DNA from: Acidimicrobium ferrooxidans | GTDB taxonomy: Bacteria > Actinomycetota > Geothermincolia > Fen-727 > Anoxymicrobiaceae | Length of the DNA: 64,000 nucleotides | NCBI GenBank assembly: GCA_020723485.1 | Contig: DYIU01000003.1 | Coordinates: forward strand, 394,347 to 458,346 | Reading direction: 5' to 3' | Part shown: positions 16,699 through 26,461 of the stretch, piece after piece | Layout: the number at the start of each line of letters is the position of its first letter | How positions within the stretch are numbered: the first letter of the stretch is position 1 | Notes under the pieces: model-generated | Database searches by the model: none | Seen by the model: the letters and a program-made list of their open reading frames with translations, nothing else | Told to the model about the DNA's origin: nothing | Made by a program: the position numbers and the translations under genes

Positions 16699-18156
16699 AT
16701 GAGACGAGGAACCGTTTTCGCAGTAGTCGCCCTCATGGCACTCGCATTCGTCATGACAACGGCGGGCGCGCTGGTCGTAGCCGAGGACCCCGCCCCGACC
16801 GCGGTCGATACGAACGTGGGCGTCGTGCAGGCGCTCGTCACGGTCGACGGAGTCATGACCGACGGCATCAACGTCACCCTTTACAGCCTCAACGACGACG
16901 GCACCAGGAACCTCGTCGGCACCATGGCGAGCACCGGGGGGGCATACATGGTCTGGCCGTGGGGGACCTCCTACGCGCCGCCCGAGTCAGGCGGCTGGCA
17001 GAACGGCTGGGTCGGATGGAACGCCCTGCCCACCACGCACGCAGACAAGGACTATGTCGACTACGAAGTCGAGGTCGAGGTGCCCGCCGGTCTCATCTCG
17101 GTTAACGGGACCGTGCAGGGCGGGCTGGAAGTCGGGCGCCTGTGGGCCCCCAGCACTGAACACCCCTTCTGCTGGGGAAGGCAGTTCGAGTTCAAGCTCG
17201 AGAGCAGGCCCGTGGAGTACAGGCTGGACGGTTACAAGTTCAAGGACATGAACGAGAACGGCGTCATGGACGCGGACGAGGTCGGCATCCCCGGTGTCAC
17301 CATAGACCTGGACACCGACAAGGCCTCCGCCCAGACCGACGCCGGCGGTTACTTCAGTTTCACCGTTGCGGCGGGAGAACACACGGTGGCGGTCGACGAG
17401 TCGACGGCGCCCGGTTATTACCCCACCACCCCGACCTCGGTCGTCACCAGCGAGGGCAAAACGGTCTACTTCGGCAACGCGCCTTACGGCTCCATATGCG
17501 GCAAGAAGTACAACGACAAGAACAAGAACGGAAAGCCCGACTGCGGCGAGCCCACGCTGGGCGGCGTCACCATCAAGCTGAGCGGCAAGACCAACGTGGG
17601 CGGCGAAGAGGTGAACAAAGAGACGACCACGGCCACTGACGGCAGTTACTGCTTCACAGGGCTGAAGGCCGGCACGTACATCATCACCGAAGTGGTTCCC
17701 TCCGGCTGGTACGCGACCGGTCCGAACCCGAAGACCGTCACGCTTCTGCCGGGGCAGAACGTGACCGGCGTCGATTTCTTCAACGCTCAGGGCTGCGTGC
17801 CGTACGGTTCGATATACGGCAAGAAGTACAACGACAAGAACAAGAACGGAAGGCGAGACTGCTGGGAGCCCACGGTCTCCGGGGTCAAGGTCAAGCTCAG
17901 CGGAGTCATCGACGGCCAGCTCGTGAACAAGGAGACCACGACCTCGTGGGACGGGAGCTACTCGTTCACAGGGCTGAAGGCCGGCACGTACACGATAACG
18001 GAGGTCGTTCCCTCAGGCTGGCAGGCTACAGGCCTCGTGTCGGTTGAGGTGACGCTCCTTCCGGGACAGAAGGTGACCGGAGTCGATTTCTTCAACGTGA
18101 GGACTTCGACGTGCGGATGGACCCTGGACTGGTGCCTCTTCAGCTGCTGGTTTTAG
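16699..18156 (+). CDS. Secreted adhesin-like protein with tandem SdrD-B/CnaB-type repeats (DxNxNGxxD calcium-binding motif) and a Cys/Trp-rich C-terminal tail
   Basis: Signal peptide MRRGTVFAVVALMALAFVMTTAGA. Two near-identical ~100-aa repeats (GSICGKKYNDKNKNGKPDCGEPTLGGV...TEVVPSGW). Ends TCGWTLDWCLFSCWF. Confidence 0.7.
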   Translation: MRRGTVFAVVALMALAFVMTTAGALVVAEDPAPTAVDTNVGVVQALVTVDGVMTDGINVTLYSLNDDGTRNLVGTMASTGGAYMVWPWGTSYAPPESGGWQNGWVGWNALPTTHADKDYVDYEVEVEVPAGLISVNGTVQGGLEVGRLWAPSTEHPFCWGRQFEFKLESRPVEYRLDGYKFKDMNENGVMDADEVGIPGVTIDLDTDKASAQTDAGGYFSFTVAAGEHTVAVDESTAPGYYPTTPTSVVTSEGKTVYFGNAPYGSICGKKYNDKNKNGKPDCGEPTLGGVTIKLSGKTNVGGEEVNKETTTATDGSYCFTGLKAGTYIITEVVPSGWYATGPNPKTVTLLPGQNVTGVDFFNAQGCVPYGSIYGKKYNDKNKNGRRDCWEPTVSGVKVKLSGVIDGQLVNKETTTSWDGSYSFTGLKAGTYTITEVVPSGWQATGLVSVEVTLLPGQKVTGVDFFNVRTSTCGWTLDWCLFSCWF

Positions 18157-19489
18157 ATGACCTGATAAAGGGAAGCAGCAGGAGGGCGAAAAGGGGCACC
18201 AGTACCAGCATACCCCAGAAGTAGTTGTTGACGATGTCCGTGAAGGCGTAGGTGAACGCCTCCTCGAGGCGGTACCATCGTTCGCCGTGCCTGCTCTTCA
18301 CTTCTATCCTGTCGAACCGGATTCCGACGTAGGTCTCACCGGGCGAGCCCGGCATCCGGGACTCTCCGTTTATCAGGCCCACGAAGTAGTGGTAGCAGGC
18401 ACGGTAGTCGTACGTCTTCCAGAGCTGTGCTCCCCCGCCGCCTGATATTATCGTCCAGACCATCTCGTCATCCTTGTTCCGCCTCATCGCTTCGTCTTCA
18501 TCCAGCTCGCCCGACATATTCCAGATGTCGAAGTCGAATGTATGCAGGTGCGAGCCTACCACGAAGTTCACGTCGTATTTCTCGCAGAGCCTCTTGAACT
18601 CCTGGGCGTTCCGCCGGTCGCCGAGATACTCACTCCAGGGAATCCTCACGCCCTTGTGTGTCTCGTCCCTGTGGCCTTTGAAGGCGGGCACGTGCATGAA
18701 GACCGTGCAGTACCGGTACGCTTCGCTCTCTACGAGCTCGCCCTCGAACCATTCCATCTGCGCGGGCTCGATGCGCTCCTGGTTGGAGTCGTCGAGCATG
18801 ATGAAGTAGTCCTCCCCAATGGAGAACGAGTAGTAGCGCGGGCCGAATATCTTCTCGTAGACGTCCGAAGCCGTGTCTTTCGCGTCGTGGTTTCCCGGCA
18901 CGGTCACGAAAGGCACATCCAGTTTCTTCGCCCTCTCCATGAACAGGCGGTACTGGACCTCGTTCCCGCTCACCGTCAGGTCCCCGTTCGCCACCGCGAA
19001 CAGTATCCTCTTCTTGCGCGTCTCGTTGATCTTCTTCTTCAGGGCGAGCAAAGAGCGGTCGCGTTCGTCCTGGGAGAGGCCAGACGCCTTCCGCGTTTCG
19101 GCGAGCTGCGCCTGGAGCTTCTCGAGCTTCCCCTCAACCTTCACGTTGGTCTGGTTGACCTTTCGCACCAGCTTTAGGAACGTGTGCCTCGAGTCGTGGA
19201 TGTCACCGAACACGGCGACGGAGAAGCCGTCGTCCGCCTCGGGATTGCCGGTGTCATAGAACTTCCGTGCCTGCTCACTGTATTCGCGCTCTATCCTCGC
19301 GAGCTGCGTCACGTTCCAGCTCTCCGGCGGCGCAGGCAGCACCACTGTCGCGTAGACCCTGGCCACCGTGCCCAGCTCGATGAGCGCCGCGACGATGACC
19401 GCGCAGGCAAGGAGGACCGCCGCCTTCCAGCGCGGCAGGCTCGGATTCCTCCGAGCAGTCTCAGGGATGCTTTCCGGGGTCTTGCTCAT
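18140..19489 (-). CDS. Membrane-anchored calcineurin-like metallophosphoesterase
   Basis: GDIHD, GNHD, and a GSHLH-like motif. N-terminal and C-terminal TM helices. Confidence 0.75.
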   Translation of the reverse strand: MSKTPESIPETARRNPSLPRWKAAVLLACAVIVAALIELGTVARVYATVVLPAPPESWNVTQLARIEREYSEQARKFYDTGNPEADDGFSVAVFGDIHDSRHTFLKLVRKVNQTNVKVEGKLEKLQAQLAETRKASGLSQDERDRSLLALKKKINETRKKRILFAVANGDLTVSGNEVQYRLFMERAKKLDVPFVTVPGNHDAKDTASDVYEKIFGPRYYSFSIGEDYFIMLDDSNQERIEPAQMEWFEGELVESEAYRYCTVFMHVPAFKGHRDETHKGVRIPWSEYLGDRRNAQEFKRLCEKYDVNFVVGSHLHTFDFDIWNMSGELDEDEAMRRNKDDEMVWTIISGGGGAQLWKTYDYRACYHYFVGLINGESRMPGSPGETYVGIRFDRIEVKSRHGERWYRLEEAFTYAFTDIVNNYFWGMLVLVPLFALLLLPFIRSSKTSS

Positions 19490-19579
19490 TCCTGCCTGTG
19501 ATGACTTCCGCTATAAGGACTCGCGATTCACCTTTCGCGGTATTATTCGGCATCTCGCGCGCCATACCGTACCGGGAGG

Positions 19580-19897
19580 CTAGTCCCACCAGCCGGCTTC
19601 CTGCATAGACTGGATGGCGACCCTCGAGCCCGGAGGGTCGCCCCTCGCCACGTTGACCCCGCACCCCGCGCCTACCGCCTCGTCGATCTCGGCGATTTCC
19701 CTGTTCGTGAAGCCGGGGCACAGCAGGACCGATGTGATGCCTTCGTCGGCGACCAGCCGCCGGCACTCAGCGAGGGCCTGCTCCTGGTTGCTGACAACAG
19801 TGACGAAGAGCACGTACTTCCCGGTGTCGATCACGCTCCGGTGCTTCTCGGGGTCCGCGTCCGGCGCGTGTGCGAGGAACGCTGCTTTGAAAGGCAT
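19580..19897 (-). CDS. Small conserved hypothetical protein
   Basis: 105-aa ORF with plausible codon usage. No recognisable motif. Confidence 0.4.
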   Translation of the reverse strand: MPFKAAFLAHAPDADPEKHRSVIDTGKYVLFVTVVSNQEQALAECRRLVADEGITSVLLCPGFTNREIAEIDEAVGAGCGVNVARGDPPGSRVAIQSMQEAGWWD

Positions 19898-20026
19898 TTC
19901 GAGAACCTCCTGGATCGAGCTGCCTTAATGAACTCGCTGGGCCTGATTCCCTTATAATGCCATTATTCTATCTCGAACAGGAGCCGGCCGCGCAGGGGGC
20001 CCATAAGACGCAGGGAGGGCGAATCG

Positions 20027-21427
20027 ATGCTCTGGACCATCAAGGCCGCGAGTGACTTCGAATACGGGTACAACGCCGCCAGGGGGCGCTCTCTCCTCTT
20101 CAGGACGGCGATCGACCGCGCCGTCGAAGCCGTCGGCAGACGCGGCACCGACCGTGAGGCCCAGGCCCGGAAAGCGAAGCGGCACGCGGCGCTGCTCGCG
20201 GAGCGCTACCCGGCCCAGCTGGAGCGGCTCTCCGGCCTCGCCCGCGCGACCGGCCTCGAGCCCCTCGAAGCGACGGCGGGTGAGCTCGCGCTCGGCTCGC
20301 TCCTCAGCACCGGCTGCACCAACTTCGCCGCCGTGCCGCCCGCCACGTCGGACGGCAACCCGTACGTCTCCTGGAACTTCGACCTCTCTCCACTTTTCCG
20401 CCTACTCATGGGCCGCACTCCGCTCTACGTCCGTGACATTGCGGGGAAGAAGCCGTACGTGTGCCTCGGCCTGCCGGTGCTCTTCGGGATAGGGGTGATG
20501 AACGCGGACGGCCTCTGCTCCTGCGTCAACTCCGTATCGGCGACGGACGGCGGGGAGGGCCTGATGTTCTTCGAGCTGAACAACCTGGCCATGGAGACGC
20601 AGTCGACCGTGGACGGGGCGGCCGGCGTCTGGCGTGACAACCCGCGCGAGGTTCTCCCGGGCGTGGCCCTCTCCATGATAATGAACTCGAACAGCATCTT
20701 CGCCGACATGAGGGGAGACGCCGCTGTGATAGAGCACTCCCACAACCACATGGCCGTCGAGAAGGCGCGCGACCACGGCGGCGTCCTCGCCTCGGCAAAC
20801 CACCACCAGTTCCTCGACCGTGCGCTCTCCGGCGGGACCGACCCGTCTGTCGAGCCGATGATAACCGGGTCGTACGCGCGGCTGGCCCGGATGTGGGAGC
20901 TGCTGGAGCTCCTTCGCGGGAAGATGGACAGGGAAACGGCCCGGATAATAGTCACAGACCACGAGACCAACTACTCCACGCTCGCCGAGTTCGGCATCAC
21001 GCGGACGCGGTACGAGGAACGCATCGACGACGCCACAATATGCATGCACCCATGGAACTTCTGGCGCCACCTGCGCCGGTTGGAGCTGCTCGAGGCGGTG
21101 CTCGAGGCCAACATGCCGACCCTTAACTCGATACTCATGGACCCGGCGAGGTGCACAGTCTATTTCACCAGGGGCAATCCCTGCCGCAACCAGTACGTGC
21201 CGGTCTGGGTCGGGGACGCTCTTCGCATGGAGTGGGCCGACCGGGCGCGCGGGGAGCTGGACTACAACCCTGAACTGGCAGCCAGCACCTGGTCCCGCCG
21301 CCTCGACTGGTTCCGCCGGCCCGAATCGACCGTGGTGAGCGATGTCCTGAGGTATGTAGCCCTGACGTTCTTCAGGATTGCGGAGCGCCTGACCCCCGCC
21401 AGCGTCATAAACCGGGGTCACGTCTGA
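20027..21427 (+). CDS. Peptidase C45 / acyl-CoA:6-APA acyltransferase-like Ntn-hydrolase
   Basis: STGCTNFAA nucleophile-Cys motif typical of the C45/AAT family. TATAAT -10 sequence at about 19944 and a GGGAGGG Shine-Dalgarno site. Confidence 0.6.
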   Translation: MLWTIKAASDFEYGYNAARGRSLLFRTAIDRAVEAVGRRGTDREAQARKAKRHAALLAERYPAQLERLSGLARATGLEPLEATAGELALGSLLSTGCTNFAAVPPATSDGNPYVSWNFDLSPLFRLLMGRTPLYVRDIAGKKPYVCLGLPVLFGIGVMNADGLCSCVNSVSATDGGEGLMFFELNNLAMETQSTVDGAAGVWRDNPREVLPGVALSMIMNSNSIFADMRGDAAVIEHSHNHMAVEKARDHGGVLASANHHQFLDRALSGGTDPSVEPMITGSYARLARMWELLELLRGKMDRETARIIVTDHETNYSTLAEFGITRTRYEERIDDATICMHPWNFWRHLRRLELLEAVLEANMPTLNSILMDPARCTVYFTRGNPCRNQYVPVWVGDALRMEWADRARGELDYNPELAASTWSRRLDWFRRPESTVVSDVLRYVALTFFRIAERLTPASVINRGHV

Positions 21428-21500
21428 ACTTATGACTCAGGCTTGCGGTGCGGAGGCAGGAGCGGTCACAAAATCAGACGTGACCCCGGTATATACCGGT

Positions 21501-23087
21501 TTAGTCAAAGGGTATTCCATCCCAGACCCGGCGGTCCGCGCCGAAGGGGTCGTCCTGCTGGGCGGACACTACGTTGAAGACCATGGTCGCCCTGTCCTCG
21601 AGGTCGTAGGGCTTCCAGCCCGGGTCGCCCGAGCGGGCGAAGGACAGCCATGCGTCCTGCATGGCGTCGGAGAGCTTCCGGGGCGGGTCCTCCCCGAGGA
21701 GCGCCTCGAACCGTGTCCCCTCGAGGTTGCCGAAGACGAAGGGTAGCTCCATAGCGTGGCACGAGCCGAGCTTCGGCGCCGCCGGGCTGGACCACGTGAA
21801 CAGGTACATGTAGGTCTTCGGCTGTTTCGCCGATGCCTCCGCTACCCTGATGGCCGGCAGGCGGAACATCACGTCAGTCAGCACCGCCATTGTCACGTCA
21901 CCGTCCGTCGCCCCGGGCCTCCTTGACTTGTAGCTTGACGCGATAGCGTCCGCGGAGCCGCCGACGGCCGCCTGCACCTTCGGGATGAACGGCGCGACCA
22001 CGCTCAGGGGATACATTGCCATCGCCGGGGCCTCCGCAGCCCAGAGGCGCATCTCGTCCAGGTTGGTCCCGATGATAAGTTCGACTCCCGAAGCGCTTCC
22101 CGCCGCGATCGAGTGCAGTGGCGGCTCGAGGATGACCGAACCATCGAGGACCGGCCCGAACACCGTGGCCGACGCCGGGTTGGCCCTTATCATGTCGGAC
22201 TCGGCCTGGACGATGCGCTCAGTGTCGAGTGACAGGAGGCCCTGCAGGTCGGTCACCCCGGCATACTGCATGAGCTGCCGGGTGACGGCCGCGGCGTCCC
22301 CGGTCGAATGGATGAGGCTGAGGGCGCCGCTCTCGGCGATGGCCCGGCTGAAGAGCCCTTTGGCGGCGGGAATCGCCATCAGGGTGCATGTGCTCATGCT
22401 GCCGGCCGACTCCCCGAACACGGTGATGTTCCCGGGGTCGCCCCCGAACGCGGCGATGTTGTCGCGCACCCACTCAAGGGCGGCCACCTGGTCGAGCAGG
22501 CCGAGGTTCCCGCTCTGCGCGTACTCAGCCCCTCCCAGCTCGCCGAGATAGAGGAAGCCGAAGGCGCCGAGGCGGTAGTTGAGCGTCACAACCACCACGT
22601 CACCGCGCTTCGCGAGGCGGGCGCCGTCATACAGAGGTTCTGAACCCGCCCCGTTGGTGAACCCACCGCCGTGTATCCAGACCATGACGGGGCGGCGGCC
22701 GCCGTCCACCCCCGGGGTCCAGACGTTGAGGTTAAGGCAGTCTTCGGACTTCACCACGCCTGAGGCGCTGGCGATGTCACCTTTCGGCTGGGCCGCGGCA
22801 TCCCTGAAATCGAATGCTTTGAGCGTCCCGTCCCAGGGTTTCGGGGGCTCCGGCGGCTTGAAGCGGAGCGCATCGACCGGGGGCGCCGCGTAAGGTATCC
22901 CCTTGAAGACAACGACGCCGTTGGCCGCGACTTTGCCTTCGACCCTCCCCTGCGCCGTGACGGCCGTCGTTCCTATACCACAGCCGGCGGAGAACAGTAT
23001 GAGAGCTGAACACAGAGCAGCAATCAGAACGGCGGCGAGTGCGACCCTCGCACGCCCGCCCGGGAAGCTCGTCGGTATCCCGGCCAT
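21501..23087 (-). CDS. Carboxylesterase type B (para-nitrobenzyl-esterase-like) lipoprotein
   Basis: GESAGS nucleophile elbow, HGGGF oxyanion motif, and lipobox FSAGCG. The true start is the ATG at 23087; the 190-codon upstream extension in the ORF track overlaps the rubrerythrin gene. Confidence 0.85.
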   Translation of the reverse strand: MAGIPTSFPGGRARVALAAVLIAALCSALILFSAGCGIGTTAVTAQGRVEGKVAANGVVVFKGIPYAAPPVDALRFKPPEPPKPWDGTLKAFDFRDAAAQPKGDIASASGVVKSEDCLNLNVWTPGVDGGRRPVMVWIHGGGFTNGAGSEPLYDGARLAKRGDVVVVTLNYRLGAFGFLYLGELGGAEYAQSGNLGLLDQVAALEWVRDNIAAFGGDPGNITVFGESAGSMSTCTLMAIPAAKGLFSRAIAESGALSLIHSTGDAAAVTRQLMQYAGVTDLQGLLSLDTERIVQAESDMIRANPASATVFGPVLDGSVILEPPLHSIAAGSASGVELIIGTNLDEMRLWAAEAPAMAMYPLSVVAPFIPKVQAAVGGSADAIASSYKSRRPGATDGDVTMAVLTDVMFRLPAIRVAEASAKQPKTYMYLFTWSSPAAPKLGSCHAMELPFVFGNLEGTRFEALLGEDPPRKLSDAMQDAWLSFARSGDPGWKPYDLEDRATMVFNVVSAQQDDPFGADRRVWDGIPFD

Positions 23088-23119
23088 GGGCAGCTGTGTG
23101 TCGGTCAACCTGGGAATCC

Positions 23120-23677
23120 TCAGGCCTTCCCCTCGAGCTTTGTCAGCTTGTCCTCGTCGAGCTGTATGTGGTCGGCCTCTATCATCGAGAGGGCCGCGAA
23201 CACCTCTTTCACCCTGGGGTCCGTCGCCTCGGCGGCGGAAGCCGCGTAGAACTTCGTGGCGTTGTTCTCGCGCTTGAGCGACTCCCTGACGTTCTCGATG
23301 TAGGCGTCGTGGCACTCCTCGGTGTGCTCCTTGTCGGGCTTGGGCTGGCCGAGCATCTTGAGGATGGTCGACGCGTGCTCGTTCTCGACCTTCGAGAGCG
23401 CCTTGAAGGTGGCGAACCCCTCGAAATCGCCCGCCTCGTCCCCCTTGGCCGATGAGCAGCGGTAGAACGCGGTGTTGGACTGCTCGATGGCAAGAGCCTT
23501 CTCGAGGTTGCCCCTGTCCGTGTCGTTGAGGGTTCCGACCTTCGGGTCGTCCCAGTCGCTCGCGAGGATTATGTACTCCGCGTGTGCCCCGCAGAACGGG
23601 CAGTGCGAGGGTGGCACCGCCCCTATGTAAGGGTCTCCGCAAATCCTGCATCTCCATACGCGCACCTTCATATCCAT
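23120..23677 (-). CDS. Rubrerythrin-family protein with an N-terminal rubredoxin-like zinc/iron ribbon (reverse-rubrerythrin arrangement)
   Basis: CRICGD...CPFCG, then a ferritin-like ExxH four-helix region. Confidence 0.8.
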   Translation of the reverse strand: MDMKVRVWRCRICGDPYIGAVPPSHCPFCGAHAEYIILASDWDDPKVGTLNDTDRGNLEKALAIEQSNTAFYRCSSAKGDEAGDFEGFATFKALSKVENEHASTILKMLGQPKPDKEHTEECHDAYIENVRESLKRENNATKFYAASAAEATDPRVKEVFAALSMIEADHIQLDEDKLTKLEGKA

Positions 23678-23738
23678 ACCTCCCGGTTGGTCCTGGCCGG
23701 ATTCTACAATATCCTGCGCCTCGCGACCTTGAGCTTGC

Positions 23739-26369
23739 TCAGGGGTCGAAGCCTATGGAGTCGTGGGCGCACTGGCGATAACACGTGGCGGTGTCCCAGT
23801 ACATCGCCCGTTCCGCGATGACCGGCTGGTCCGAGGCGACCCTGGTGGAGACGCTGAACTCGTTGGGAAGGCAGTCAGCCACGTTCAGTGTCTTCCGGGT
23901 GTGCGGGGTAAGCGTGAACTCCTGCCCGGCCACCTCTACGCCTCTGGGGGTCTGATAGTAGAGCCTCACGTTGGCAGCCGTATCTCCCGGGTTCTGCACC
24001 AGCACCCACGTCTCGAAGCATCCCTGCTGGCTCGCCCCGGTGCAACCCTCGGCGAGGTACCAGGCGCCGCAGGGCGCAGTGACGCCCACGGAATCGGTGG
24101 CCGACTGGCGGTAGGAGCCCGGGGTGCCTGTCCAGTACATCGAGCGCTCGGCGATCACGGGCTCGTCCGAATCCACCCGCGTGGAGACGCTGAACTCGTT
24201 GGGCAGAAAATCGGCGACGTTGCGTGTCTCGCGCGAGTGGGCGCCCACGGTGAGTTCGTGGCCCTTCACCTCGGTGGTCGGCGTCTGGTAGTAGAGCTGG
24301 ACATGCGCCGGGCTGCTGCCGGGGTTCTGCACGAGGACCCAGGTCTCGAACGAGCCCTGCTCATTGGTGCCGGTGCTTCCTTCGGCGAGGTACCACGCGG
24401 TGCAGGGCGCCGTGACCCCTATGGAGTCGTGGGCCGCCGCCCTGTACGCCCCCGGCGCGCACCAGTACATCGCCCTCTCAGCTATGACTGGCTGGTCGGA
24501 TGTCACCTTCGTGGACACGCTGAACTGGTTGGGCACTACATCGGCCACGTTCCGGGTCTCTCTGGCGTGCGGCTTCACCGTGAACTGGTGCCCTTCGACC
24601 TGCCCGTCCGGGGTCTGGTAGTAGTACTTCACATTGGCGGGCTCGTCTCCCGGGTTCTGAACCAAGACCCACGTCTCGAACCACCCGAATTCGTTGGCTC
24701 CCGTGCTGCCCTCGGCGAGGTACCAGGTCTTCGCCGGGGAGGTCACCCCTATCGAGTCGGTGGCGGACTGACGGAATGCGCCGGGCGCGTCCCAGTACAT
24801 GGAGCGCTCTGCGATTATAGGTCTGTTCGACACCACCCGGGTGGAGACGCTCCACTCACCGGGGACGACGTCGGCCACGCTCCTTGTATCCCGCGAGTGA
24901 GGGGCCAGCGTCATCTGCTGGCCGGGGACTTCACCGGAAGGGGTCTGGTAGAACAGCTGGACGTCCGCGGACTCGTCCCCCGGGTTCTGCACCAGTATCC
25001 AAGTCTCGAAGTAACCGAACTCGTTCACCCCCGTGCTGCCCTCGGCCAGGTACCAGGTGAATGTCGCGGGTGTGTACTTGGCCACGAAAGTGGTGTAGTC
25101 GCCGTCGGGGTCGCTGTTGGATATCGACATGCCGACGGTGTAGACGTTCCCCTTGTCGTCGACGTTGGTGGCGTGCGCCTCATCGGAATAACCGGCCCTG
25201 TTCAGCACCTGCGGGAATCCCGGGGACATCGCCCCGTTCGGAGCGTACCTGTTGGTGTGCACGCTCGTGTCCGCCTGGCGCGTGAACGAGGCCGCGATGT
25301 TGCCCTCGCTGTCCACGGCGCCGTGCCAGGTGTCGGGCGGATGGTAGCCTACCATGCCGGCGGACGAGTCCGTCTTCGGCCACCCGGCGACCTGGGCCCC
25401 GGCTTTCGTGTAACGGTTGACCAGGAGCTTCCCGGAGTCATAGGGCGGGGCGAGCGCCGCGCCCTGGGTGAGCCCCACGAGGCAGTACTGGCCGTTCGAG
25501 TCCTGGGTGACCGATGAGTACTCGTCGTAGAGCGCGCCGCCGGAGGTCCAGGTCTTGGGCCACCCGGCGGCAAGGTTTCCATCCGTGTCCATCTTGAAGA
25601 GGGCCGCGTCCCTGTCCCCTGCGCCCGGGGTCCCGTACCCGGCCGCCACAAGGTTGCCGTCCGAGTCCTGGATTATGTCGTACCCCACCGTGTTGGTGCC
25701 GGACACCTGGTATGTCCTCGGCCAGCCCGAGACGATGGTGCCTGAGGCCGTGTATTTCACCACCAGCAGCGAGTAAACCGTGCCCGCCGCGTTGCGGGCA
25801 TATCCACAGGCGACGATGTTGCCGTCCGAGTCTACGATTGCTGCGGTCCCGTACGAATGGTCGCTCACGTGCATGTACTTCGGCCAACCGGGGAGAGGAT
25901 TGCCCTCGGAATCGAGCCTCCATACGGCCAGGTTCCAGACGTTTCCCGTCGTTATCATGTAGCCGCCGATGGTCATGTCGCCGTTCGGCTCAACGAAGAC
26001 GTCCTGCCCCTCGTTCCAGCGCATGCCGGCCTGGGCGTAGAACCTGGGCCAACCCGGGAGGAGCTTACCGTCCTGCGTGTACCTGCCGACGATGAGCTCG
26101 CCGGGGTCACTACCCACGTTATCGCCGTCAGACCCGACCGCCACCACCGTGCCGTCCGGGCATATCGCCACGTTGTGGTACTCGGGGCAGCGATCAGGCC
26201 TGGGGTCGGCGTAGTAGGAAGTCCAGGGTGCGTTCGAGCCGCCCCCCGGCGCGACCGAGGCCGGCTGCGTGCCGCCCGCAAGGGCCGGCGCGATCCCGAT
26301 GGAGACACAGCAGGCGGAAAGCAGGATAGTGACGGCAAGAGCAAGGAACTGCCGCGTGTTCGCCCACAT
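23739..26369 (-). CDS. Secreted surface protein: signal peptide, an N-terminal DUF5122-like beta-propeller region, and 4-5 C-terminal ~112-aa repeats (WYLAEGSTGxNEFGxFETWVLVQNPG ... VADxxPxxFSVSTxVxSDxPxIAERxMYW ... HDSIGV)
   Basis: The repeats are nearly in register across about 560 aa. Start taken at the ATG at 26369 (MWANTRQFLALAVTILLSA, a signal peptide); the ORF track extends to 26441. Confidence 0.7.
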   Translation of the reverse strand: MWANTRQFLALAVTILLSACCVSIGIAPALAGGTQPASVAPGGGSNAPWTSYYADPRPDRCPEYHNVAICPDGTVVAVGSDGDNVGSDPGELIVGRYTQDGKLLPGWPRFYAQAGMRWNEGQDVFVEPNGDMTIGGYMITTGNVWNLAVWRLDSEGNPLPGWPKYMHVSDHSYGTAAIVDSDGNIVACGYARNAAGTVYSLLVVKYTASGTIVSGWPRTYQVSGTNTVGYDIIQDSDGNLVAAGYGTPGAGDRDAALFKMDTDGNLAAGWPKTWTSGGALYDEYSSVTQDSNGQYCLVGLTQGAALAPPYDSGKLLVNRYTKAGAQVAGWPKTDSSAGMVGYHPPDTWHGAVDSEGNIAASFTRQADTSVHTNRYAPNGAMSPGFPQVLNRAGYSDEAHATNVDDKGNVYTVGMSISNSDPDGDYTTFVAKYTPATFTWYLAEGSTGVNEFGYFETWILVQNPGDESADVQLFYQTPSGEVPGQQMTLAPHSRDTRSVADVVPGEWSVSTRVVSNRPIIAERSMYWDAPGAFRQSATDSIGVTSPAKTWYLAEGSTGANEFGWFETWVLVQNPGDEPANVKYYYQTPDGQVEGHQFTVKPHARETRNVADVVPNQFSVSTKVTSDQPVIAERAMYWCAPGAYRAAAHDSIGVTAPCTAWYLAEGSTGTNEQGSFETWVLVQNPGSSPAHVQLYYQTPTTEVKGHELTVGAHSRETRNVADFLPNEFSVSTRVDSDEPVIAERSMYWTGTPGSYRQSATDSVGVTAPCGAWYLAEGCTGASQQGCFETWVLVQNPGDTAANVRLYYQTPRGVEVAGQEFTLTPHTRKTLNVADCLPNEFSVSTRVASDQPVIAERAMYWDTATCYRQCAHDSIGFDP

Positions 26370-26461
26370 GAGAATCCCTCCCCGTGCAACAACCGCAATG
26401 CAAGGTTCTCCAGGGGGAATCATATATGAACCGGGCGGCAAGTTGCACTGGGGCCGGGGCC

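Noticed and set aside
23088-23657. 190-codon N-terminal extension of the esterase ORF in the six-frame track (the track's full ORF spans 21501-23657)
   Set aside because: The extension overlaps the rubrerythrin gene in another frame and translates to Arg/Gly-rich nonsense. A lipoprotein signal peptide begins at the ATG at 23087, so the esterase gene is 21501-23087.
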